Positions 1 to 12,416 of a DNA stretch of 64,000 nucleotides are shown here, in pieces (the first letter of the stretch is position 1; each line of letters starts with the position of its first letter). Source of the stretch: Gonapodya sp. JEL0774 (taxonomy: Eukaryota); NCBI GenBank assembly GCA_027604505.1, contig JADIIX010000055.1, forward strand, positions 62,001-126,000, read 5' to 3'. The notes under the pieces are model-generated. The model worked only from the letters and a program-made list of their open reading frames with translations, was not told where the DNA came from and did not search any database. The position numbers were made by a program, and so were the translations under genes.

Positions 1-2085
1 GCGTTTAGTTTCCCTGTTGAAAGCGTCGATTTTACGAGAGAAACCTTCAGTATGGACGGGTTTGCGTTTGACTTAAAACATCATGGCGGATCTCTCTCGC
101 TCTTGGTACCAACGAAGGAGTCGCTCATTCAGTGGGTTGGCTCTATCAACACTGCCGTGAACAATATCTTGTTAGGATTCGGACTTGCTGGAATACAAAG
201 GAAGTTTGAAGAGACTTCGGGTGTGTTCCACATTTGTGGGAGGAAGTGACATGCGTTGACTTCAATTATTATTCCAGGCGACCCAGACGAACTATTTCCC
301 ATGGAGTTTAGCCGATTCATGGCAAGAATGCAGAATCAAGAACAAAGCCGCAAGCGGCGATCACGGAATATCGACGAGGAGGGAGGAGGGGAAGGCACAA
401 ATTCGGAGGCGCAAGAAACCGCCAACACCGATGATCTTAACGAAGATGCAGTTGTTGGGAGCCTTATAAGACAGATAAGTACAAATTTTTTGAGTGGTGG
501 GGACACCATTCGATACCAGAAGGGACCAGGTTTGTGCCTTTGTAACTTGTCAAAGTCGATTATCAGTCTTGTAATAATTTGGATCTCGCTTCGAAGATGG
601 AATCGAAAGTACTTCCATAATTGTGGCTGCGACCCTGGATAAGCTCATTGAACGATTGTCTGGAGAACGAATGGACACCGATTTCGTCGAAAATTTCCTT
701 CTATGCTACAGGCACTTCACGGATTCTGCAACCGTGCTTTCGAAGCTTATCCAACGAATGTGTGTCCAACCACCACCTGGTGCGACTAAGGACCAAACGG
801 ACTACGTGCGGCATTGGAGAGCACTGGTCAAGCTCCGTGCTGCGATGGTCGTAGCCAAGTGGATTGAGGGTTTTTGGGCAGACTTCATCGCACCTGAATC
901 GTCACGCAAACTCGCTAACTTCTTGAAACGTCTAAGCGAGTGTAACTCGACAAATGAAGAAGATCGCCGCCACGAGCTTAAGTTCAAGGTGGACTTCGAG
1001 CAAGTGGTTGAGGTTTTGAAGGCAACCATGGGGACTGCGGAAAAGAATCATAGACGACGAATGCAGGCCGCAGCCAAGGTGTCTGAAAGTGTACGGCGAC
1101 ATGGGTTGCCAGAATTCATTGATATGGAGCCGAAGGAAGTCGCACTACGGTTAACACTTCTGGAACACGAGAAATTTCGAAGGGTTCGGCCGATTGAGTT
1201 CGTTCTTCAGATTTGGGGCGACCAGAAAGACACCAACGTGCTTCTGGAAACCAAAAATATTCGAGAAATGATCGACTCGTTCAACCACGTCAGTTATTGG
1301 GCCGCAACGGAAATAGTTACCCAACCGGAAATCAAGAACAGAATGAAAGTTGTCGAGAAGATGATAAAAATCGCGAAGGTGATTTCCAGTTGCTTCCCCT
1401 CATCATTCCATCAAAGCTGCAAATTTAATAAACATGACAGGAGCTCCGCCGCCTTAACAACTTCAACTCTCTGCTCGCCGTCGTGTCTGGGCTCAATAAT
1501 TCCTGCGTGTCTCGGCTTAAATCCACGTGGGAAGCGCTTCCCTCAAAAGTCATTGAGGCACGTGCTGAGCTCGAGAGGGTTGTGAACCCTGAAGGCAATT
1601 TTGGGGTGTACCGGGGCATCTACTCCTCGTTTCAGAGGGGTGACGTTGACTCCACAGGTGTTTCATCTGCTCCAGCATCAGCAAAACCGTTCATCCCCAT
1701 ATTCAGTCTCATCATGAAAGATTTCCTCTTTGTAAATGATGGCAATCCGCGATTCGCTGATGAATCGGGCCCAGCACCTCTTATCAACTGGGCAAAACTC
1801 ACAATGATTTCCGAAGCAGTGCGGACAATCGAGCGTCTGCAACGTACGCCCTACACCTTCCCGGACGCATTCTCCACTGATATGCCGCAAAATTATTACC
1901 AGACACTGTCGGACAAGGTGCTGTACAAGTACTCGCAACTATGTGAAGCAAGGGCGGGAGAGTCGAGTACCACGAGGCTAGTAGACAAGGTGGGTCGCGC
2001 TGCAAGACGCTTAAGGGACAGGTGACGCTTAATAGTGACACTCTGTCTTATGCTTTTAAACGGGTAGTGGCGGAGTGGAAGCTGA
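1..2085 (+). CDS. Ras guanine-nucleotide exchange factor (PH-like segment, REM, CDC25 domain), multi-exon, 5' part outside the window
   Basis: REM-like 'AATLDKLIERL...DFVENFLLCYRHF'. CDC25 motifs 'EVALRLTLLEHEKFRRV', 'FNHVSYWAATEIV', 'LNNFNSLLAVVSGLNNSCVSRLKSTW', 'NFGVYR', 'PFIPIFSLIMKDFLFVNDGN', 'LINWAKL'. Last exon 2068-2085 follows an AG acceptor. Confidence 0.9.
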
Positions 2086-2158
2086 CGGTAGCGTTGCATT
2101 AAATATTCGTCGTACTTGATATATGTATTTTGAATGATTGCACTTCGAATGCCTGGCT

Positions 2159-3756
2159 TTAATCAAGCTACATATTTGCGTCTTTTGTTAGCTAAGCGAA
2201 TCCATTTCTAGGAGCTATGAGCTGCCACCACTTACCCCCAGAACATAGAACGCGGCATTAACGGTACCGAATATGATGGGTTGCCACACAAGCAGGTATC
2301 GCACGAAGTCGAGCATGCTGAGGTACAGGACCTGTTGTGTTTCCCACGGACCGCGTGTGAAGCGAGAGGTGTCAACCTTCTCTTTGCAGTAGGGGCAAGT
2401 TGTCTTCTTGCCGACGATGACCCAGCCACGTATGCACTTCTCGTGGAAACTGTCGGTGGTAAGAGACTATACTCAACACGTCGCTATGGCGTGACTTCAA
2501 GCGCACAGGATGACGAGCTTACGGATGTTCACAGGCTAGCGTCTCGATTTTGTCGTCAGGGAAGTCACCACTCGGTGCACCGCAGATGGCACTGGTGTCA
2601 CGATAGAGTTTTGGGTCAGGGACACGGAGTAGACGGTAACGAAGGTCTGTCAGCTCCGGCATATGCTCACCAAACTCCATCTCGCAATTGTTTTGTGGTG
2701 AGTCCAGCTTTGTTGTAGTAGCCGACTGCCGCTGCCACTAAAGAATTTGGGAAAGGTAACAGCCCAAATGGTCAATTGCGTAATCATTTCACTTCGGTTC
2801 GTTGAACGGCAACAACTCACTCCAATCAGATATTCGCTCCACTGTATCCCTCCCGAGGACCCCGAAGTAGACCCCATAAAAGAAACAGAGTATCCCAAAC
2901 TGGAAAGCTTCCTGCGGAAGCATTGCCATAAGGGTAACAAACATGATTATGTACCTGCAAAGCAAAAGGTTAGAGGAGGGGGTTTCAATGGATATGAACA
3001 AATGTTGACACCACTGACCCGGTGATTCCTATGAGATAGGACACTGTGAAGACGAATGAAGGGTAAACTGGATCAGAATGAACGTTCTGATTTAAGAAAG
3101 AGCACACCTTGATAAACTGTGGAGTAGAATTTATATACTAGTCGGGGAGTGAGACTTTTCAAGGGTCGCTCCATGCTTTTCATCACTACGAAGAGGTTCA
3201 GTGCAGCAAAGACAGTCCAAATTGAGAGGAAGCGCCTATAGGGTCGCATTTTTTTTTGCAATTTGCCTCCAATATCTCTTGAAAAGTGTTGAATTAGTGT
3301 AAATTTGAGTGTTCCACCCACCACGACTTGCTGGTGACACCAAAAATTGGAGGAATCGCCCACAGGCCAAGTGTCCCGACAAGCTCGAAAGATTTTGAGT
3401 GGAAGCGCTTCCAGTAAAGCAAGCCGACTTGACTGCTTATAAGCGTTGCGAGCAGGATAAATGCCATGGCTGGGGGTGAGGAGACGTGTGGTTGGGGTCG
3501 AGGTGGTCACAGAAGAGCAGGATGGAGTGGAGAGCAGAGCCGTGATGAGCAGGCGAGAGGTCGGACCCATGATGCAGTGAGTCATTCAAGCTCCAGAAGC
3601 CTGCGCTTTTGGCGTGGAGCACCCACCACTGTGCATATCCTCATGCCCCGGTGCCAAATGGCGCTTTACTTCTTCATCCACATCGTCCAAGTCCGTACTG
3701 GATATGTTTAGTCGTGTTGCATTCATCGATATCGTCTGGGAAAGTGGATTTGCCAT
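2159..3756 (-). CDS. RNF121: RING finger E3 ubiquitin ligase, RNF121/RNF175 family (membrane-bound)
   Basis: Spliced minus-strand translation gives 'GHEDMH', 'RRFLSIW...PLKSLTPRLVYKF', 'FYGVYFGVLGRD' and the RING-H2 'CAICG...CEHPFHEKCIRGWVIVGKKTTCPYCKEKVD...LDFVRYLLVWQPII...LGLD*'. ATG at 3756 is inferred. An in-frame upstream ATG exists at 3867. Confidence 0.9.
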
Positions 3757-4150
3757 ATCGGAAAGTGGTGAAGTTCGATTTATGATTTGGGGGCTCACAT
3801 GTTGTACTCCGTGCGCCTGTGTCGCCGCAAAGGGTGACCAGCACATAGTAAAAATGGAACTCCACATGCATTATATAAGACGATTTAGGACTTTGAGAGG
3901 ACAGGTAGTCAGCGACTGTTCAACGGCCCGCGGATCACCAGCACAGGAAGAAGCAGAGAAGCAGTTTGAAGGGAAACAGAGGGAGATTAGGTCTCTTGCT
4001 CCTTAGATGGTTTTACGTATTTCATCACAGATATTTTTGATTTCTGGAAGTTGGGGATGATAGTATTTTGTAGGGGTGAATCATACCAAGTAAGCTGCTT
4101 CATACCATCGTTGCCTTTTCAAATCACCGCGGACTGTGACGAATTCCAAT

Positions 4151-5839
4151 ATGGCAGGATACGACCGTGCTCTGACAGTTTTCTCTCCGGACGGGCATTT
4201 GTTTCAAGTTGAGTACGGTGAGTATCGTCCTCCGTCTCTCCCCCTCCCCCTTGCGCAACCTCCCTGCTAACTCTCTTGTCCGGTTCCCGACTCGGCATTC
4301 GCTTGCGCTCAACATAATTCAACAAATTAAAATCTGTCGGGGTGATCGAAAACAGCCCTTGAAGCTGTCAGCAAGGGAACATGCGCGGTGAGTTGAGGCA
4401 GTTCATCCCGTTCGCGGATTGTTCCCAAGAGCTTTTCAATAGTGAACTATTTTAATCATCAATATTTTGTTCAATGCGTGCTTGCGTTTGTTTGATACCC
4501 ACCGGCGGAAATGTCCTCTTCTAATCCGGGTTACGCCAATCGTATGCATGTTGCAATTTTCGGTGTACCTCATATCACCACACCTCTCTCCGTATACCTG
4601 CCAAATCTTTTGCATACTACTTACCACGGTTCTAAGGTTGGAGTGCGCGGCAAGGACTGTGTCGTGCTTGGTGTGGAGCGAAAGACGGTCCAGAAACTTC
4701 AAGACCCTCGAACAGTTCGGAAGATTGCCTTGCTGGATGATCACATTGCTCTGGCATTTGCAGGTGTGTCTTACTCGTGTATGCTGTGAAAGAGCTGCAA
4801 ATGGGCATTTCCTAGCAAATTCGGAAACCGTGTAACTCTGTCGGAAAGTTGCCGGTCAATCCTTCATTGGGAGGGAAGCAAACCCCAAAACACATAGGTG
4901 TACGGGGATCCTGTCTCTTGGTGGCACTTTCGTTGATGTACCTTCTTTATTCGACCCTCACCAATCGCCCCGCTCCTTTGAAGGCCTCACCGCCGACGCA
5001 CGCGTGCTCATTAACCGTGCCCGCATCGAATGCCAATCGCACCGGCTTACAGTGGAGGACCCCGTCACGACAGAGTACATTACGCGGTACATTGCAGGCA
5101 TACGTGAGTAATCGTTGCAATTTCGGTTCCGAAGCATTTGAACGGTGCAGCCGTGGTGCCTGCGGATGCTCGCATTCGCCTTCGGAGATACGGTTGCGAA
5201 TCTGGTCACGGCACAATCCCCCCTGACTGTGTGTTGTTGTTGGGCATTTGGTGACTTACTCGCTTTTCGTTTAGAGCAAAAATACACCCAGTCCGGTGGT
5301 GTTCGTCCATTTGGCATCTCAACCCTAACGATTGGGTTCGACCTCGACCTCACTCCACGATTATACCAAACGGACCCCTCTGGTATTTATTCGGAGTGGA
5401 AGGTATGTTTTCTTCCGAATTTGTACACGATGTACTGTGACGTTTGGATTTGAATTCGACTGAACCACATCACCCAGGCCAACGCGATTGGCCGCAGCGC
5501 CAAAACCGTACGCGAATTCCTGGAAAAGAATTACAAGGAGGATGCTTCCCGAGATGAAGCAGTGAAACTGGCGGTGCGGAGTTTGCTCGAGGTTGTTCAA
5601 ACAGGGGCGAAAAATATTGAGGTTGCGGTAATGGGACCAGACAGAAAGTTACTGGTGAGTTCCGAGCTGCTCAAATTGTCAACCGATACTCCCTTTGAGA
5701 TATTCTCTTGGTTTTGAAGACACTTGAGGCAGAGCAGGTTGAAGCCATTACCAAGGTGATCGAAGCCGAAAAGGAGGAAGAAGCTGCTAAGAGGAAACCA
5801 GGTGCTGCCACCGGAGCAAGTAGTTCGGGGGCGAAGTAG
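4151..5839 (+). CDS. PRE6: 20S proteasome alpha-4 subunit (PSMA7/Pre6)
   Basis: '[22 protein letters not shown]', '[16 protein letters not shown]...[10 protein letters not shown]', '[17 protein letters not shown]', '[19 protein letters not shown]', '[14 protein letters not shown]'. GT-AG introns. Confidence 0.95.
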
Positions 5840-5896
5840 ATAACGTCGCACATGTAAATTTCATACCACCTCTACGTGATCTAAAGCATTCCCAGT

Positions 5897-7460
5897 CTAT
5901 CTCTCCGTCATAATCTTAAGAACGGTATCGTATACGCCGAGGAATATGCCACCACCTATACTTATCCACAGTACTCGTGGACCCACACCCCGAAATAGCG
6001 CAGCGGGACCCTCGTCCTGCACAATCGTTTTGAGGGTTGTAGCAATGGTGAGATACCTTCGGTCAGACTGGTGGTCGACGGCGCGACAACGATTTCTGAC
6101 GGTAAGGGTGTTGAGCGGAACGAGGAGATTAAGGTTCGTTTCGCACCTTTGCTGACAACATCGTTCTGGTCTTGATCAAGTCCAAGGGCGTTGTTAGAGC
6201 CGCCGCTGTACCTCCCGCCACCGCACCCATAGCTGATGCCTCCCATGGCTCTGCTGTCCGCATGGTGTGTATCCGGTATGAGTGCTCACGTGCAAAAGTT
6301 TAAGGAGTAAGAGGTGCGTACAGTTCAAACGAGTGAGTGTGATATACCTTGAAATACTCGAATAGTGGAAACTGAATGCAAGCAAAGGGTATCTGGAAAA
6401 AGTCCATAGGTTAGTTCATTGCCTGGTAGTTAAGGATTACGTGGGTATCCCACCTCCCGGAAAACGGTAATCGCGAATCCTCTGTAAAACCCAGACACTC
6501 CGTCTTGCGCGTACAGGGTGGCAACTGCATTCGCCAGCGACCCACCGTACTGTCCTGCTTGAAAGCGTTGCTTCAGCACTTCAGTCGGAACGCGAACAAG
6601 GCAAGCTGCCTGAGAACGAGTAAAGCACAAAGAAGAATCATTTATGGCCGTAGCAACGCAATCTTACTGAACCGGGACCCCACCATCTCTCCTAATGAAG
6701 CTGCAATCATATACGTGGCAGCAGATCCATTCGGGATGCCAAGCAACGTGGTACTCTGCCTTTTGAAAAACTCATAAGTCACGAAGAACAACGAAGCTGT
6801 GAGGTGAGGTACAATTACAAATTAGAATGGAAATAGGCTCAGAGTCGAGCAAAAGAGAGATGTCACGTCGATTGATTCATTTAGAGGGCAAGGACACGTC
6901 AATCTCCTCGAACGTCTGGATTCTCCAATAAAATAAACGCTTTGTCTGCCAAATGTGTATTCTGCATCTCAAAATTGCATCACAGAGAAGGCAGAGTAAA
7001 AAGTCGTAATTGTATTCGCTCGACAACTTCGACCTCCAGGACTGAGAGGAGGAGCAGCTCTTCTCCTTTAATCATCCGGATTAAGTGTCGCATGAGGCGC
7101 TCTCCAGTAGATACAAGTATTCTTCAATCTTGAACTAACCTGCTGGTGCAGATCCTGCAACTGCCGATGAGAGCCCCTTGTAGACACCTTTGAATCCCCC
7201 TGCGCGCCAAAATCCGTCCGGTGCCTGTAGACGAGTTTTGACGGTGTCCAAAGGGAAGAGAGAAACATCAACAGAAGTTCCAGCCAGGCCCCCCGCCTGA
7301 TGATGGAGATCGAGAGCACATCAAAGTGGGTTCAAGAACGAAACAAAATAGGCAATGATGAGTGGAGGAAGAGATCCAGCCCGTCGAGAAACATGGTAAT
7401 GTTATCAGATAGATGCAGTACGAGCAAAGCTTGCCACAGTGCGCTATCGCGAGTGGTCAT
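5897..7460 (-). CDS. PET8: Mitochondrial S-adenosylmethionine carrier (SLC25A26/Pet8 family)
   Basis: Three carrier repeats: '[24 protein letters not shown]...[10 protein letters not shown]', '[15 protein letters not shown]...[13 protein letters not shown]', '[10 protein letters not shown]...[10 protein letters not shown]'. First exon [13 protein letters not shown] is inferred from splice sites. Confidence 0.9.
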
Positions 7461-7588
7461 TATCGCGATGAAGAATCCAATTTTGCATTTATCAAACAAT
7501 CATCATTCACTGTCGGTTTCAGCACGGACTTAGATACTTATGCATGCATTTTCTGCCAAGAGTATATTCTTAAGGTGGTAATATATAT

Positions 7589-9707
7589 CTATTGTGCTTT
7601 TCCTCGGTTTCTTCGCAAGGTTGCGCCTGGAACCTCGCCCAGCGTAGCACCTTCCCTTTGGCGGGACTTTCCTTCTTTCGGATTTCTGAGATAGGCGAGA
7701 AGCTCATGCAAGGGAAGGTGAAGGATCTCTTGTGGCGGTTTAAATATAGGGTTGTCTTTGATGTCCAACGTCTGGTGGGTGCCATTCATTTTGCTTCATC
7801 CGCAATCACAATGTAGGAATCGCAAACACTCACCGCCAAATTACTTAGATTTCCCAAGGCAATAGGTAGCTCAACAATTTTGTTCCTGCTGATGTCGAGC
7901 TTTGTAAGCGCGGTGAGTTGTCCGATCGCGTCAGGAATTGCATTGAATGCGTTCCCACGGAGTTCTAAGACAGTGAGGGATGACATGTTCCTGCGTGCGC
8001 CACCGTGTGAATTCGACTCATGACTCTCTAGGATTCTTTGCCGGGAATTGGAAACTTACCCAATAGATACGGGCAGTTTGTCCAATTTGTTGGCGCTCGC
8101 GAGTAGCTTCTCCAGACGGGCTAGTTGTCCGATGTCGTCTGGCAGATTGTACAAGAAATTATTGGAGACATCTAGCTCAACGAGGAATGGTAATTGGCAG
8201 AGCTCATCGGGAAGAACCTCTATCTGATTGTTACTGGGTCGAGGATGGATGGCTGAACAGTTTAAATAACCTGTCGCATCCTACCGAGTCAATCTCACCT
8301 CAAGTATAGTCGCGACAGCTGCCTTAAATTGTAGATTGACTGTGGAATGGAGTGAGAGCTCAGTTGATTGTTGCGAACATCAAGTACCGAAAGTTTGGAC
8401 AGGAAACCGATGTCGTCAGGTAACGCAACTAGAGAGCACGTGTTGGCGTCAAACTTGATGAGACTTCCAAGCTGGCCGATGAAATCTAGCAAAAAGGAGA
8501 ACGTGCCTGTAGTTCACGGACCCGGATCTGTTGACCAGCAGTGGACTCACCGGGAAGAACCTCCATTTGGGTATTATCACGCATAATAAGTTCTTCTAGT
8601 GCGTGCCAGCTAGCACACTCAACAGGCAGAGTCTCAAGCTTTGTATTCCGTATGTTGACTACTTTCAGCTGTCCGAGATTGCTCATAGAGGAAGGAAACA
8701 TAATGAGATCCGGGTTCTCTTCCAGGATCACCTCCTCAAGTTGAGTTAGGTTTCCGACTTGTGGATCACCATTGTTCAATTTCCAAGGCAGACGAAAAAC
8801 CGGAAATCGTGGTGCGCTCACATTGTTCCGGTAGATCACGCAGCTCATTGTGAGCGGCATCGAACCTGAGTAAGCCAACCAAAGAACAAAATTGCGATGG
8901 TAAATTGTTGATGCTATTTTGACTGATATCCAGACTCTGGTGGGGAATTCTGTCAGTTAAGATAGTTTGCAATGACATTAAGAGAATGCATACCCGAAGA
9001 TTCAGCAGGTTGCAAATCTCTGGTGGAACCCGTTTGATCCGATTATGACTAAGTGTTAGCGTTCGCAACTCTTTCAGTGCAAAAATTGTGGTCGGTATTT
9101 CCTGAGAAGAACGTGTAAACAAAATGACCGATCCCATATTGCTGTGTCAGGGCCTCACCTTCAAGTCATTGTTGTTCAACTCTAAATGGGTCAAGCTGAC
9201 AAGTCTTCCAAACCCATCTGGAATTTCTCTGGAAATGAGGTAAATAAGACTAAATTAGCAGCTCCCATGGCGTCTCCGCATTGATTCACACGAACTCCAG
9301 CTGATTATGACCCAAACTAAGGTGGACAAGATTGCTATAGTTTCCAATTTCAGGCGGCAGAGGAGAGAAGAATAACCGGTTGTGTGCTGGAGGTAAAAGT
9401 TGGTTATTTTCAAGTTCAATGTGGATCCAGAGATTCCCTCACATGCATTGATCCACGTGATCTGAGCCGGAAGCTTTCTCGGAAAGAATCGCATTGTATT
9501 CCCCGAGAAGTCAAGTTCTGTGAGTGCTTTCATCTCTTGTATCCCATCAGGAATCTCGTCGAGCTCGTTCCCCGCGACTACCATTCTTCGACATCTTTTG
9601 AGATGCTTGTACCCCTTCGCAGGAAGTGACTTCAATCCTGTCTTGGAGAGATCAATCACCTCGGACTTTCGGTGTGGGCTAAGAAGCTTAGATTCTGATG
9701 ATCCCAT
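7589..9707 (-). CDS. Leucine-rich repeat protein with N-terminal MGxxxSK myristoylation motif
   Basis: Many LxxLxLxxNxLxxLP repeats across several exons, e.g. 'LRTLTLSHNRIKRVPPEICNL', 'LSVLDVRNNQL', 'LTVLELRGNAFNAIPDAIGQL'. LRR C-cap 'DNPIFKPPQEI...LLAYLR'. N-terminus MGSSESK. Confidence 0.85.
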
Positions 9708-9851
9708 TGTGGTAAAAGTGGGAGTTGAGTGGTTTGCGAATAGCCCGACCTGATCACCACTCTGATCGCGCACTTGATCACACGATATATCGCAGATGCA
9801 ACATTGATTCCGGTCTAAGACAATGAAGTATGAACTAACGACGCTTATACG

Positions 9852-12118
9852 TCATATGCCCACCCGCTTCTCACCCCCGTCTTCTCCACCTGTTACCGCC
9901 TTAGACCCCTCCATCTCACTCGTGGCCCATCCACTTAATACCACTTTGCGATAGAGCTTATCCAACGTCGTCCTCTTGGATGCCAGCCACGGATGCTGGA
10001 GGACTTCTGCTGCTGTAGGGCGATTCGAAGGGTTCTTGCGGAGCATTCGACAAACCAGATCCCTGGCTTGAGGTGACACACCAGCGAAGTATGGTTCGTG
10101 GAAAACTGGCTCAGCAGTGGCGATGGCCTCTCGAAGATGCCGGTCCGACGGGCTGTAAAACGGAAAGACACCACCCAACCTGCAAATCGTAGGCCGTCAA
10201 CACGGCGTCGAATGGACGAGACAAAAGGGAGGTTTCTCTTGAAAACTCACATCCTTCAAAGGTGTCGCAGTATGAGCTATTGGTGGAAGTAAAATGTATC
10301 TCTACACTGGACTCACATGTAGAGAACAACCCCTGACGCCCAAATGTCCACCGCTAGTGACGAATGTGTGCCAAGGTGGTTGAAGAATTGCTAGTTAGTC
10401 GGAGATCATGATTCCGAATTGGTCCTGCTCAGCAGTATACCTTTATCGTATGGCGTCTTTTCGTCTGCAAGGACCTCTGGCGCCAAATAGAAAGGTGTAC
10501 CACACCTTGTGCGAAGGGCTGAATCACTCATCGCGATCTGGAATAGGAGTAAGTATGAACCTGTTTCACAGATAACGATGATGTGCTCCACCACCTTAGC
10601 CATCCCAAAATCCCCCAACATAATACGTGGTAAATTAGATGAGTGTGACGAATCAACGAGAATGTTCTCGATTTTGATGTCCCGATGAACCCTGTGCACA
10701 GTGATGGAGTGATGAGAAGTGCTCCGGAAGGGGAATGCTGTCCGATGTTCTTCAAGACACTCACACTCCCATATCATGCAACCATCCCACTGCCATGGCC
10801 ACTTGAAAGAAAGCGAAGCGTGCACGGCCCTCTGGCATCCTTCCTTGTGCCTTGATCTCTTCATAAAGGTCACGACCCCTCGCGAGGGTGAGCATCACAT
10901 ACGCATGATTCGCAGTAGTGTAAACTGCATGAAGACGAACCTTGCAACACATTTTAGTGTGCAAATGTCAGTGGCGAGCATTGCAAACCATTTTTAAATC
11001 ATCAGTGGAGGAGCGACGTGACGTACCACATTGGGATGCTCCACTCTCCTCATGATACCGCACTCCCGAGCAACTGAGGCACCTTGTCCATCCACGGCGC
11101 GAAATGGAGTGAGTCGCCTATCTACAATCTTGCACGCTAGGCGAGTATTCGTCCGTTTGTCTTCAGTTGACAACAAACTTAACTCTACCACCAAAGCTGA
11201 CTGGTTGAAATAACACCTACCTATAGCCAATTTCACAACAGAGTATGATCCGCGGCCGAGAACGTGGCGTGTAATGTGATATGGGGATGGAGACTTCGAA
11301 ACATTGCATCGTGTATCAAAAGGAAGGATACGAATACGACTGGAACTGTTCCTCTTGGACAGTACGGGGATTGTACAGAAGCAAACGTTGCATTCTCCAT
11401 CGTTGCTCCCACTCACCTGAGCTTCCTGAGCGATCGCTTCCCGGTCGGAAATTAGGAAGACTTGGAACCGGCCATTATAACAAAGACATCGAAGACGGAA
11501 CGTAAAGAGCCATTTGTGAGCATATGCGAGTAAGATTGCTTGGAAACCTTGACTCATAACAGCAAAACAGGGAGCCGAGACGTACAAAAGTCGTCCGATA
11601 GCTCGATCTCGTGGCTCTTCCCGCGGACCAGACCACGGGTAGCCTCCGAAACTTTGCGACCATCAACATTAGTTCCATTTGAAGAGGAGTCAGATATGCT
11701 GATGTTGCCCTGAATGGATAAAATGGTGCAAGGTTGAAAATGTCTTCTCACGAAATTGACGGGCGAAATTCCCACTTTTTCATCGCAGAAGACAATACAA
11801 TGGACACGGGATATGCCTGGATTGCGAATAATAAGGTGGGAAATGGATCTTTGCAGACTTTCAAAGGGTATTCGACGGGTGAGCTTCCACACACACCATC
11901 GAGGCTCCCAGATACGCCAGTAGATGCTGGCGCGTGAGCCACAACAATGTCGCAGTTTGGAGATCTTCCAATTGTATATGGGCGGGTCTCCCACAGTCCT
12001 GTGGAGGATTAGACTTGGTTGCTCGCGTCGATCGAAACTAAGACCCACGATAAAAGCGTCCGTTCTGTAGGTCCTGTATCTGACACCACGGGGTCAATGG
12101 AAACGTGTCACAAGCCAT
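9852..12118 (-). CDS. FHA-domain Ser/Thr kinase, CAMK group (Mek1/Chk2/Dun1-like)
   Basis: FHA motifs 'YTIGRSPNCDIV', 'ISRVHC', 'DSSSNGTNVDG'. Kinase motifs 'LGRGSYSVVKLA', 'LACKIV', 'HRDIKIENIL', 'DFGMAK', 'CGTPFYLAPEVL', 'RPTAAEVLQHPW'. Start exon inferred. Confidence 0.85.
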
Positions 12119-12416
12119 CGCTGTCACTGGTGATGGAACGCTTTTTGGAAGGGGTGGGGGAAGTGTGAATCAAAGCATAACAGTTGACGGTTTCGCACGC
12201 TGGCAATCAATTATGTTTAACCGCTAGTTCACAGTGTGTTTCGTTTCATTCAAAAGTGTGTTATACATACATAGACTACCACCGTTTACAATTTAAGATT
12301 ATAGTTGTAACCAATGAAACAAGAAGATCGCTCAACGTGTGTCCGTGCTCGTGTTCGTCATTCTGTAAGATTAATTTGATGGGACTTGCATGAGTGGTGA
12401 AAATTGGTTCAAGTGA

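Noticed and set aside
2218..4006. Plus-strand ORFs that at first looked like a decayed transposase
   Set aside because: They are antisense shadows of the minus-strand RNF121 gene, which explains the region fully.
11315..11345. GTATCCTT on the minus strand resembling a U12-type 5' splice site in the kinase gene
   Set aside because: The frame is open through it, the match is imperfect, and no TCCTTAAC branch point follows.
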